From Phoronis australis (lineage: Eukaryota > Animalia > Phoronida), in assembly GCA_002633005.1 (NCBI GenBank), contig NMRA01000083.1, positions 1-64,000 of the forward strand: a DNA stretch of 64,000 nucleotides, read 5' to 3'. The notes under the pieces were generated by a model, which ran no database searches, had not been told where the DNA came from, and worked only from the letters and a program-made list of their open reading frames with translations. A program made the translations under genes and the position numbers. Positions 37,606 to 50,070 of this stretch are shown piece after piece. How positions within the stretch are numbered: the first letter of the stretch is position 1; each line of letters begins with the position of its first letter.

Positions 37606-38480
37606 TTTCTTCTTTGTGATCTCAATAAGCGGGGCGGTGATTTCAGCGAAGTTTGGGATGAACTTCCTGTAGTAGCAAGCCAACCTGAGAAAAGAACGAA
37701 CTTGTTTCTTCGCTCTGGGTCGTGGTGCGTCTCAACGTTTCTTCATCCATTGCCAGGTGCCCTACGCCGACCACATGTCCAATGACGGAACGAGGTGCAA
37801 CCGAACACTTGGTGGGTCGAATCGTTAGTCCAGCCTCTCGTACACGTTGGAAGGTGACTCTCAAGGTGGCAAAGTGTTCGGGCCAGGTCTTATTACGGCA
37901 CATAATGTTCTGTATTATGTGCTCCTGCCAACATCTTCCTCATTATGCGATTGAAGGTCGCTGCCGAAATCACCAGACCAAATGGCACTACAAACGAGGT
38001 CTTAGGCCGGGATCCTTCGGCGACAATGACTTGCCAGTATCCTTTACTTAGATCATTCTTAGTAAAATACTGGTCTTTAGTGATCTTAGCCATGATGTCA
38101 TCGGGATTGCCCATCGTTTCCGAATCAAACTTTGTGATGACATTCAAACGACGAAAATCGATGCAGAATCGATTTGAACCATCATTCTTCTTCACTAAGA
38201 CCACCGGAGAGTTGTAGGGAGCATCGGATGGTTCTATGACTCCACACTTTAACATTTTGTCAATTTCATCATGCACAACAGGCCGTGTGGCATATGGCAG
38301 GGCATATGGCTTGACTCTCATCGGCTCTTCACCGGTGGTCTCAATCTTCTGCTAAACCAGATTGGTCGTACCCGGTAGCTCACTAAAGATATCAGAGTAC
38401 TCTTCTAGAAGACTTGTCACCTCCCTTCGTTGGCTAGTTGTGAGCTAGTCTGATATCTTGACATCTTTGTATGTTTCTTT
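37606..38480 (-). pseudogene. Gypsy/Ty3 reverse transcriptase fragment
   Basis: RVKPYALPY..EIDKMLKCGVIEPSDAPYNSPVVLVKKNDGSNRFCIDFRRLN..DLSKGYWQ..PFGL, then GLTIRPTKC. Contains deletions and frameshifts. Confidence 0.88.
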
Positions 38481-38699
38481 TGGTTTGTTGATCCCAGCTC
38501 TAGTAGGTGACCACCATCGACAACACCAACTTAATTATCCATTTCAGGCTAAAGTACAGTTGTGTCTGCGATGTCAGAATTCTGATCTGCAGCCCCACTT
38601 AAATCACGAGATATATAATCATATCAGTCCTTCTCAGTGGCAGAATTATTCTCAGGAATTATTGAATAAATATCGATGAAGAGGAGGTTTTCCAGGATC

Positions 38700-39693
38700 A
38701 AATTCATCCACAAAACACAAACCATGAACTTATTTGTGACGATTGCAGTCAACATCAGCCGGTCGAGTTGAATAACGCTATTACGGAGGAGGAAATAAAC
38801 GAGTCTATTGATTCATTAAAAAATGATAAATCCCCTGGAGTCGAAGGGATACCTGGAAAATTGTTAAAGTTATGTAAACTTTTAATCATCAATCAACTTC
38901 TGTTACTTTTTGATAAAACATTGTCAAGTCATTATATGCCTGAAAATTGGTGCAAGTCATTAACTGTCCCACTTCATAAAAAGGAAGTCCTAGTGACGTT
39001 AATAATTATAGAGGGATGTCGCTACTTAAAATATTAAGCAGTCTTTTTAATCATTATCAATAAAAGGTTGCTACTTTGGGCAGATGATAATAATATACTG
39101 TTTGAAGAACAAGCCGGATATAGAAAAGGGTACAGCAACGTAGATCACATCTTCACATTAAATGCCCTGGTACAAAAATATTTACGCAAAAGAAAGGGGA
39201 GATGTTATGTTTCATTTATTGATTTTGCCAAAGCCTTTGACTCTGTCCAACACAAGATTCTGTTTAATATCATCATAGTAAATGGTATACATGGAAATGT
39301 TTTGAAGGTTGTGAAATCGCTGTACAAGAACTTAAAATCATGTGTAAGAGTTCATGGTCTACATGAAGTGTTAGTTGTAATACAGGCGTTAGACAGGGGC
39401 GCATCCTTAATTCCTTTTTGTTTACATTGTTCCTAAATGAACTGGTTATGATGTGGAAAGATTCTCAGTGTTCCGGTGTTTTTATAGATCCCCAGTCACC
39501 TGATATTTTATGCTTATTGTATGCTGGCGATATAGCAACCATTTTGTCAATTCCTAGCAATCTGCAAAAACAAATTCAAGTTCTTGAAAATTTCTGTGAC
39601 AGAGTTGGAATGGATGTAAACATGTCTAAAACTAATATCATGATTTTTCGAAATGGCGGGCCACTCAAGATGTATGAGAAATGCAACGCATGA
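38700..39693 (+). pseudogene. Non-LTR retrotransposon RT fragment (RTE-X/L2-like)
   Basis: ITEEEI..LKNDKSPG, PLHKK..NNYRG, EEQAGYRKGYSNVDHIFTL, FIDFAKAFDSV, GVRQG, FTLFLNEL, LLYAGD (YADD mutated). Frameshifted. Confidence 0.85.
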
Positions 39694-40027
39694 ATGCAGA
39701 CACACATTTTTTTTCCAAATCAACACGTGTTAACTTCATAGAAGGGAATACAGGAAAGTAATGAATTTAGATTAGATGTTTATCAGTTAAAGACAAAGAG
39801 ATAGAACTTGTCCTTTTTCGCAGGAAAGCAAAACAGTGCTTAGAATGTTTAACTTTTCAATATCGACGTTAATACTTCTAATATACATGTAAAATATTTT
39901 ATAAAAGTGTGCTTTAAATCAAGAAAGCTTCTCAAATCCCTGTGTTTAATCAACAAAGTTCTCATACATGTAGGTCGATGGCACTTCTGATACATTGCTC
40001 CGCGTATAAGCCACTGGTCGTAGCCAA

Positions 40028-40157
40028 CCGATTGCCAATCCGTAACAACAGATTGGCAATCCGTAATAACAGACTGGCAATCCGTGATTACAGATTGGCA
40101 ACCATATTTACAGATTGGCAATCGTAATTAAAGATGGGCAATCCGTATCAACAGATT
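40028..40157. repeat. 21-bp minisatellite (~6 units)
   Basis: CAGATTGGCAATCCGTAATAA-like units in head-to-tail array. Confidence 0.9.
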
Positions 40158-40184
40158 CAAATTTTACTTTTCCATGACACTAAT

Positions 40185-40348
40185 GGTCTCCGTACATTTA
40201 TGAAAGGAACACGTTCAAATTCGCATGATCATACATCAATGGGTTTTGGAGGTAAAGCAGCGGACGCCGGACGGGCGGAAGAACGGACGGACGGGGATGA
40301 CGGCATAATGCGTCCACATATATATATATATATGTGGGCGCGTAAAAA
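40185..40348 (-). mobile_element. HINE-like element terminal fragment
   Basis: GCAGCGGACGCCGGACGG..CATAATGCGTCCACA..TGTGGGCGCGTAAAAA matches the end at 33450-33554. Confidence 0.75.
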
Positions 40349-41989
40349 TGTGTCCCAATACCTTTTGTTTACGGTGACATACATTACATGTAACAGGATC
40401 ATATATTTTTTCTTCTATGGAAAGTCTTACACTGAAGCCAATGTAATGAGCTATCCACAGCACATTGCAAAGCTAAATAATAGATGTTTCCCTATTTTTA
40501 TCTATCAGAAAACCTTTATCTGCAAATGTCGGATAGGCGGGGTAATTAGTTTATCAGATCTTTTGTAAATGTCACTGCATCCTTAATTTTTACTGAAGAA
40601 TGTAATTGTATCACACCACACCAAAGGTCCAATTGAATGTATAATTTTGGAGCAACTATGTAGAATTCATACTTTAAAGTTTTGTCGTGATAGGGCAGAA
40701 AAATTTTGAACCATTGAAAATATTTATTTATCTGCTGGTATAACTAGTCATTTATATGATCACTCTGCTTCATTTCCTGTTTATGTTACTATTACACCCT
40801 GTTACTTTTCGCATTTTGGTAGCGCTCTTGGTTTTTAGAATCAGAAAATATTGTTTAAACCAGTCAGTTACGGGAAAATTTTTTGTCAAAAATATTTGTG
40901 GAGGCCAATGCGATTGCACAGCACATGCTAATGAAATGTTTATCAGAGGATACTACACTGACGTGGACGAAGTCGAAAGGATAATTTTAGGAGGGCGCAT
41001 CAGGGCGTTGGCGCATTTTTGTTTATTGAAACGGGATGTCATAATATATGTACCGTGCGGCCATCCGTCGCGTTAGTTTCATCTTAAATATTGTTCAACT
41101 AGGAATTTAATTGATACCAGCCGGTTGTTAACACTTTCGTCTTGTACTTTCGTGAAAAAATACCGCAAAGTTGTTGACAAGTTTGCTGGTAGACATCCCG
41201 ACATCCTCTCCTACAAATCAGTGTTTTGGTATAGATAAGCAGCAAACGAGAACTATTACCTGCCATTTTGTTACTGTTACAGAAACAATTTAACAGTAAA
41301 TTTAGAGGAAACCAATTGTGTTAACTCTGTTATTAAAATTTGTTCGTGAACACTGCGTAGTGAAAAATACACAACCTGTAAAATCTTTTCATTAGAAGTG
41401 GGAAATCTTGGACACTTATTTATTTATTTATGAATGAGATCACGTGTGACTGTGTGCCTCAGTGAATGTTTGAATGATAAGCGTTTAATGTTCTACTAGA
41501 GATTTAGGAAACTCCAAAACGCTTCATGTAAAGATTCTAAAGCATGTTTGGGGGATTTTATCAAATACTGTTTCCGTGACTTCCCACTGAATAATTATAG
41601 TGCTTCCATAGAAAGATGAGAGCATTGTTCAACTGAAACTCTATCCTCGCTGTGTCACAATATGGATTCGATGCTTGGAGACGCGGCTCATTTCCAACAG
41701 TTATCTATTAACTCTCACGAATTTCGCGGATTTTGCAAAGAATTGTCGAGATTATGTAATTTTTTTCATACTCGGTCTCCGAAACCATGTTGGGATTTTT
41801 GATTGCTTGCTTACTTTTGAATTTTAACCTTAATTAACTTTAAAAAAGCATATAGTGTAGATACAAGAGATGGTAGCTCTTTTAAACAGTCCCACTAAAT
41901 CCAACAATGCCAGTAAATTAATCACTAGGGTGTCATAGCCCGACAGCAATGCTCTCCTCGATAGGAACACACCTGTCAAGAATGTAAAA

Positions 41990-42615
41990 AGTTAGAACTG
42001 GCAGTGCGGGCACACACTGATAGTCGGATCCGTCCGAAAGTCGTGATCACCCGTTGTCACTTTCATATAAATACACTCGGCAAATTTGACAAAATCCTGC
42101 AAGGACGCAAAAAATGCCAGTAGGAGGAGCCACTGTAGTCAGAGCCGGTTGAAAAATATCGTCAGCCGTCCTCCTTCCAGCCGCAGCATAAATATATGTC
42201 AATTTTCATAATCTTTCTAACAGTGGTTTGACCTATTCAGGGACGGCCCGTAAATAACAGTAAAACTGGTCACTAGGTGGCACAAAATATGTCGAATAGA
42301 TCTTAAACCGTGAAGGTGGCATATTCTTAATAGAAACTTATTCGACAAATTTCATGAAAATCCGTTAAGGAAGTCCAAGGATAGAGACGCAAACATAAAA
42401 AATAAAGTTCCACTAGGGGGCAAACCGGTTGTCGGATCAGACCTAAAATTTGCTCACGCCGTCCCATTCATAAAAGAAACGCATCTGCAAAATGTCATGA
42501 ACATACATTGAGGAGTTTTGGAACTGCAGTAAAGGACGCGAGACGGCAGCCGGACGGACGGACAGACAGCGATGCGGCATAATGCACCAACATATAATAT
42601 GTGGGCGTATAAAAA
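41990..42615 (-). mobile_element. HINE-like element, partial
   Basis: Same tandem units, GGAC microsatellite and ..TGTGGGCGTATAAAAA end as 32492-33554. Confidence 0.7.
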
Positions 42616-43460
42616 CATTGTTTGGGGTAAATTTCATTAGTTTTAAAGCAGATGTCTATATTTTTTCGCTAGGGCCCAGTAGCTTTATTGTATTACTATG
42701 ATGAACAGTCTCCTCAGCTTATAATAATAAATCTATGTTACACTTACTGTCAACTATCACCGGTAGCTGTAAATCACTCCGTATGATTACGTACACCGTA
42801 GTTAAGATGACGGAAGTCAATAATACTAGAAACATAAATTTTGCCTCTGCAGCCATGGCTGTCCTTGGTTGATGCAATATTCATAAGATCTCCTCGATGC
42901 TCTTTACTCAAAGTTGCAGTCGCAAACTAAAGGGATATACCTGAAAAGAAATTATGTTTGTAATGTTGTGGTGAAATCCAGACTTGCGTGTGTTTCGTGA
43001 AAACTGATCAACTCGCTATTCATGAGATACGCCCCAGTACCAAGGTTCTAATCTCCGAGCTCAACCTCAAACTCAAACTTGTTTTTTATATTTTTGCTGT
43101 AGTTAAAAGAATAACTCTTTCCGTTCACGAAATTCATTTTTCTCAAACCATTTGTACTTTTCAATATCAAATGGCTTGATTTATAGTTAATTATCACTCG
43201 ACGTACAAAGATTGAGCGTAGTATCATTACAACTCCCAATATTGATATGTCCGATCTTCATTCATCAAGGCGTACATAAACCCACGCTCCGCACACGAAG
43301 CAAACTCCTGAACTTACAACTATAGAATTGGTCTCAACTTGTTCTTTACTCAGGTGAGAAATGTTTTTGAGGTAAGAAAAGAACTGATGTAGTTCGTTAT
43401 TCGTTGAGACCAAGTTCTGCGCATACAATAGCACGCCGTGATCGGCCAAGTTATAGGCAT

Positions 43461-43553
43461 GGGGTCCGTTCCAAGAAAACTGTCTTAGCTAAGACAAATC
43501 TTAAACTTAAGTCAAAAATGAGCTTAAGTCAGTTTTTTTTTGGAACGGGCCTC
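43461..43553. mobile_element. Small palindromic MITE
   Basis: GGGGTCCGTTCCAAGAAAACTG...CAGTTTTTTTTTGGAACGGGCCTC inverted ends. Confidence 0.55.
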
Positions 43554-44896
43554 GGGCTATATTCTCTGATGAAAATTAAGCATGTAAAAAATTTAACAAC
43601 ACAAAATAATTTCTGTTAAAAAGCCATTCTAGTTCTCAACGGTCGTATGCATGCAGACCCACAACTCCCTCAGGATCAAAACATCGTTTTGTCTTCGTTT
43701 TCCCTGGCATCTTTTCTACCATAATGTAAACCTCGATGACTCAGTATTATGGCGACTCGCTGAATGAAAGGTACACGATACGGAGCAGTTCAACGCCTGG
43801 TGAGAGATTCGATTTAAGTGACAGCACTGTATTATTTGGCCTCGGATAAGTAGTGCACAATTTTCCACGCGGTTGTGCGGTTCCAAGGTGGTTCTGCTAA
43901 TCATGGTATAATATACAAACTCGACGTTCGGACAAAATGGGACTCAATATGGCGGACAGTTGATATAATATATTTCGTATTTGAAGTTCTCCGAGAATGA
44001 AGATAAGTATTTTACTAGACATTTGTGAAGTATTGTAAACATGGCCAATTTTGTGACTAAAGCTTCATATGTCCTTAAAGTCCGAGGTCACTTATCAGCT
44101 GCGTGTCCTATGCATGGATTGCACGCACATCCAAAGAATTTGATAGGTAATTTGACATTTCGCAGTTCCGATCTCATGATCACGACGCGCTTTAAGCACC
44201 CACTCCATTTCTTATATTCATTTCGTACAGTTTCATACATGTATCATCTCCCGGCACCTGGTGTGAAAAGCAATGAACTTAAAAGTGCGTCATCAGTTGA
44301 TCCCACCTACATGGGACTGGATACGGTAACAAAATTAACATTTTAGCGATAATCAAGTTGATTACGCACTGCAAATTCAGTTGGCATTGCAAGTGAATGT
44401 TGAAATAGCGAACATGGTTAAAGGCATGTACAGGTTACAATTTTCACCGAAGAATTAACGGGGAAGACCTTGAGATTTTCACTTGTACCAACCTTATCGG
44501 CCTTTTCTCGGATTCGGCAAACCGACTTAATGTGAGCTTAGAAAGAAACACGAGTTCTCGAAAACGGCTTGGTGGATTTCGCTGAAACTTTCCAAAGTTT
44601 ATATTTATTCATCAATCTCAAAAATGTTTTCAGGATTTTCGATGTAAAAAAAAGGCGTAATGTAACAAAAATGAATACGACTGCTATTTTTAACAATACC
44701 TTTTTGAGTTGATTTGTCATTGAAACGAAACTAAAAGATTGATCAAAACCTCCTTACAGCTCTTTTGAGGTAACTGGTGAAGTTTTCGTTTAAAAAAATG
44801 CTTCATTGAAATCGACCTAGGCGTTATTTTGCTATGAATGTTCCTTTCCTAAAAATGAAATTTTTGACTTAAAAAATGTTAAGAGTGCCTAAGTAT

Positions 44897-46671
44897 AACA
44901 AGAGCAACGCGCAATGCGCCCACGAATGTATAGCAAATGGTGAGCTTTTAGGGTTATTTATTTGTATCAAAAATGGCCACTAGATGGCGCAAAAACGTAC
45001 AGTCCATTCAAAAACGGAACATGCCATATTTCATAAAAATCTGTCAAGGAACTTCAGAGAAACAAAGGAAAACAGAACAAAATGAAATTGCCACTTGTAG
45101 GCACAGCGTCTGTTCGATCTGTCTGAAAGTCGTCGACTGTTATCTTCAAATCTTATTCACTTACTAAATTTAATAAAGTGGGTTTTCGAGATACAGCTAT
45201 GGGTGCAAAACAAAACAAAACTACCACTAAGAGGCACCACAGTAGTCAGTCGCCATCATCAAACGTCCTCTTCACACTGAAAACATATACGCCAATTTTC
45301 AAAACCATACCTAGAATGATTTGGTTGATAGAGGGGTGGACGCCAAATACAAGATTTGAAAACAACAAAAAATGGCCACCAGGTGGCGCAAAATACCTCG
45401 ATTCCATCCAAAAACAGGATGATAGCGTCATCTCACCAATAGATGCCTATATTCAAAATTTCATGAAAATCCTTCGAGGACCTTTGAAGATAGACTGGTA
45501 AACGTAAAAAACTAAAATTGCCACTACGGGGCACACCAGTAGTCAGATCCGCCCGAAAGTCGTCGTCATTCATTGTCAAAATCATATAAATGCACTTGCT
45601 AAATTAAGTAAAGATAATGCAAACGATTTAATAGATACAGCCATGAGCGCAAAAAACAAAACTGCCACTAGGAGGCACCACAGTAGTCGAACTCGTTGGA
45701 AAATTCTGGTCAGCCGTCCACTTCATACTAAAAACATACATGCCAATTTTCACAATTATCGAGAAAGCGGTTTGGTTAATAGACGAGTGGAGTCAAAAAA
45801 ACAGACTCGAAAAGAGTAAAAATGGCCACTAGGTGGCGCAAACTAGGTCGAATCCATCTGAAAACGGAGAGATAGCGTCACCTCATTAACAGATGCTTGT
45901 ATGCCAAATTTTATGAAAATACGTTGAAGACCTTTGCTAACATCATATAAATACACTTACAAAATTTAGTAAAGATCCTGCAAACGGTTCAGAAGATACA
46001 GCCATAGGCGCAAAAAACTGCCACTAGGACGCGCCACAGTAGTCGAAGTCGTCGGAAAATCATCGCCAACCGTCCACTTCATAGTTAATATAAAAATATA
46101 ATAATCGCAGGCGGTCTGATACACGTTGTAACAGACGTGCGCAGGCCTCGCATGTGGGCCCATTGCACTGATCACCTGGAAATATTTTTTATGCTTTATT
46201 GATATATGGTTAAAACCGAGCTGAGGAGCTAGAAACCTGGCTCAAGGGTTTAGCAGTTAGAACATACATACCAATTTTCACAATCATCCTTTGAGCGATC
46301 TGGTTGATAGAGCGGTGGACGCAAAAAACAGACTCGAGAACAGTAAAAATGGCAACTAGGTGGCGCAAACTACGTCAAATCCATCCGAAAACGAGACGAA
46401 AGCGTCACCTCACTAATAGGTGCCTATATACCGAATTTTATGAAAATCCGTTCATGACTTTTCAAGAAACAGAAGTAAACGTAAAAAACTAAAATTGCCT
46501 CTAGGGGGCACACCGGTAATCGCATCCGTCCGAAAATTCACTCATGCAGTTCCATCTACAGAAGGAACACATGTGCAAAATTTCATGAACATCGTCAAGG
46601 CGTTTTGGAGACAGAGCAGCGGACGCCGGACGGAGATGACGGCACATATAAATATGTGAGCGCATAAAAAA
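44897..46671 (-). mobile_element. Helentron/HINE-like element with expanded tandem array
   Basis: Begins (plus) AACAAGAGCAACGC..GCGCCCAC and ends GGACGG..GCGCATAAAAA, like 32492-33554. About ten units, with a ~450-bp three-unit period and an unrelated insert near 46095-46260. Confidence 0.78.
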
Positions 46672-47868
46672 CAATAGAGTCTATACCCAAAATCACAGAT
46701 TTTTTTTGACTTAGCACATACGTGTGGTTTGGTAAGATGTAGAAAAATCTCACTTCTTTAGAATTTCCATCCATTATTTCTCTTTTTAAGACCTGTACCT
46801 TCATTTTGCAACAAAATTGGGCGCGGAAGTAGACATGTTTGAATGCATTTTACTAGCATGTATAGTAAGCTGATAACAAATGAATGATACGGCTTGAAAG
46901 GACTATGACAGAATAATACTTAGTAATATTTGCCCGTTCTTAGTTTGCTCAAACACCAATATGGAACTCTTTGAACATGTAATTGGCTTGCAAAAACACT
47001 ACCTCAGCATCTTGTTTGCGAGAGAAAAAGCAGACAGCATTACTAATTGTTTTTCACTGAAAACCACACTGATGATTAATGTTTATTACAAAAATTATGT
47101 ACATAAATTATGACTGCCATGCGTACTTCGTCTCTATAATAGATGGCGTCGCTGTTTGTCTCCATGGAGACTGTGGACGCGACTAGAAGCCCAATCTACC
47201 TTCTCTCATGTTTTATCTTCGTTATGAGTGCCGCCGGCATAGGAAGGGCGGCACTTCAAGGGGTTATGGCCCTCTTTTCAGTGCAAAAATTCGTCAACTT
47301 GGTCAAAATTATTGCAATTTTACGTTCATATTGTGGCAAGTTGCTAGTCTCTAAATCGCCAAAAATTTGGAGTTTGCACCCCCAGTCACCCCAACATCGA
47401 ATATTTCTGGCAGTGCAGCAAACATTCAAGGTCAATAGAAAACAATTCATGAAAGACAATTTTATTAATGACTCAGTTCATGACAGACATTAGGTCAACA
47501 AAGTTCAACACAAGTAAAGGCCTGGACTAACATACCGAGGGACTGCCTCTGTGGCACAGCAAGGGGGGGTCAGTTGCCCCCGGGCGCTTGATGAAGAGGG
47601 TGCCAAACATTTTTTGTCCAACTGGGGGCACCAGGCATTTGGTAACTGGGGGATTATATGGTTACCGACCGAGGTGGGGTGGGAGGCGGGGGTGCCACTT
47701 GAGATGTCGACGGAGGGCAAGGAGGTGCTCGCTACGCCACTGGACTGACTATTGTCATTTCAGGTGTTTAGGGTACAGACATTTTCTGTTTGGGTGAAAA
47801 CCTGCACCAAATTCTCTTCGGTGAACATCACAAATGATTTGACTCCACGACTGGTCCTGCTCAGTCAT

Positions 47869-47980
47869 AGAGAACCCTACACGAGTCTCAGGTTTGTGAC
47901 ATGGGAGGAATTTTGACGAAATTTCCAAGAGGTTTTGCCCATGTCATCAACCTGAGACGAGTGTAGGATATGTTTTCTCA
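47869..47980. repeat. Hairpin/MITE (related half copy at ~50072-50140)
   Basis: CCTACACGAGTCTCAGGTTTGTGACATGGG...CCCATGTCATCAACCTGAGACGAGTGTAGG. Confidence 0.7.
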
Positions 47981-49869
47981 CATGAACCGTAAAAACGATC
48001 TTTTTTGCCGAAAAACTCCACGTGTCTAAAACTTTCAACGACGCAACTTTTGTAAAAATACGCTTGCGCCTGTAAAGTAATTCAGTTACTTTTTGTTAAT
48101 AGTTTTATTTTAAGCTTAACAGTTGTAAATTGCATTCAACTTTCGTATTAAATACTCAAGTCAGAATCTAATAGTCTTTGTAGTTGTAATATTAAAACTT
48201 AAACAAGCGAAACGCAGAGCGTCAAAACTCAAAGGTATATATTTCCATTTAAAAACTCTAAAGATTATTAAGATTAACATGTTAAGGAAGAAAACAAAAG
48301 AGTTACATGTACAAGTTTTTTGATATATCCTCAAACCTAATGTCAACTGACTCATTGGGCAAAGGTCATCGGCTGGTTCAGTTTTGGTAGTGACTGCGCA
48401 ATACGTCCAGAAAACAACTTGTTTTCATTTGAAAGAGCTTAGACTTGATTTTTATAGCAATCTAATGACTAATTCTTGTTCAAAGATTCGATCGAATGGT
48501 CTTTTAATTCTGCTCATCATTTTCGAAATAGACTGTTTTGCAAGACAATTTTCACTAAAATGTAAAGTTGAGGCACGATATTTTTGCTCAATCAACAAGA
48601 TTAACTTTTTAGTTGTATATTCAAAAAGTTACGTAAAGCTACACGGTGCAATATGGCGGTAAGGGGGTCATAAAACAACCACTACAATTAGCTTAGAAAA
48701 GTGATCTATGAATTATCTCCCCTGTCTAGCACAATGCCGTCAAATTGGAATAAATGCCAAATAATTATGCACAACTTTTGTGAGTACTTTAGGGGTGCAA
48801 TTTTATTTTGGTGTTTTTAGTTCATTTATTATGTGTTTTCAAAATCTAAAAATTTCCCCCAAATAAAGTTGCACATTTTTAAGAAATTTGGGTTTGAAGT
48901 TATGTAATAGTTACCAAAGAGCTTAGTGAATTTAAATTTGTAAAAATAGCACTTTTTGTAAAGCAAGTAACCAGGTTCTCCTCAATATCATCGTATTTAA
49001 CAATAATACACCCACATTACTTGTTTCACTTTTGCAGAGGAGTTGCAAACAGTGAAATTTAATATGACCAATTGCAATTTAATGCTCCAGCAGCGAAATT
49101 AAGGGTTATTGAGTGCACAAAATGTGGCATTTAGAATTTCGTTTGCCGCTTTCATGCTCATAGTTACTGGTATCAGGTTGGCCTCAGACAGGCCAAGGTA
49201 TTTGAGGATATGCACACCGGACAGCTTCGGCATCCTCTGCCTGATATGCATTCTATTTTTGTTACTTGAGCTTTGGTGATGTTGGATTGAGTGCCCAATA
49301 AACTGTAGTCATTTTTGGCGAGCTTCATGTCTAGTGTTATTGTGACATAGACTTGTTCTTTAACCAGGTGTAGGTGACGTGGTCAAAGATGTGGTGGACT
49401 AAGGAGGTCTGTTGTTTGTTAGAGACAGTATACGACTGGTCAAACGCCGTGTTCACTTCACAGTATTTATATATTCATTTTGTACGTTTCAGAGGGACAT
49501 TCGTCTTGCTCAATAAAGCATAATTAGAAATACCCGAGGGTTATTGTCTAAAAAACGTCAGGGAAATGTTATTCATATATCAATGTTTTCATTTTTTGAT
49601 GAAAATAAACGTCATACATGTTAGTAGTAGTTAATGCTCATCCTATATCTTGCTGACAAGTTGCGCGCGACGTTTTTTCATACTATGAATTACTTTTTAC
49701 CGGATTTTTTGCAGACAAGCCCGGGACGTTTTCCTTAGAAAATGTCAATTTCGGGACAAATACTTAAATACAAATATACGTCTGGTTGTAACCATATAAA
49801 GTTCCAAATATCCGCCCTGGGCGTATTTTGCGGAAAATACGCCCACTGGGCGCCAAACGAATGCAATAT

Positions 49870-50070
49870 GTCGATGGTAAGGTCCCGCAACATCCAAGGA
49901 AAATATTCAACAGAGATGGAGAGCTAAGTCTTGAAGACGAGTTTTTCATGACTTCAGTACGATTACGTGTTGAAATGCTTATGAATGATCTTGTAATAAA
50001 CTTTGACGTTAGTCAATGTTATTGTCCAAATGTTGTTAATACACGGATTGACTTCGTTATTGGCCCTTAA
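49870..50070 (+). pseudogene. ISL2EU/Harbinger-type transposase HTH fragment
   Basis: ELSLEDEFFMTSVRLRVEMLMNDLVINFDVSQ..VVNTRIDFV resembles the HTH_Tnp_4 pattern. Confidence 0.7.

Noticed and set aside
40028-40157. 21-bp repeat as CRISPR or as a coding repeat (ORFs 39849-40121, 39942-40127)
   Set aside because: It is a head-to-tail minisatellite without spacers. The ORFs are incidental read-throughs.
43048-43449. Two in-frame minus ORFs with a hydrophobic stretch, as a candidate FUT transmembrane exon
   Set aside because: There is an in-frame stop and no convincing donor in the required phase.
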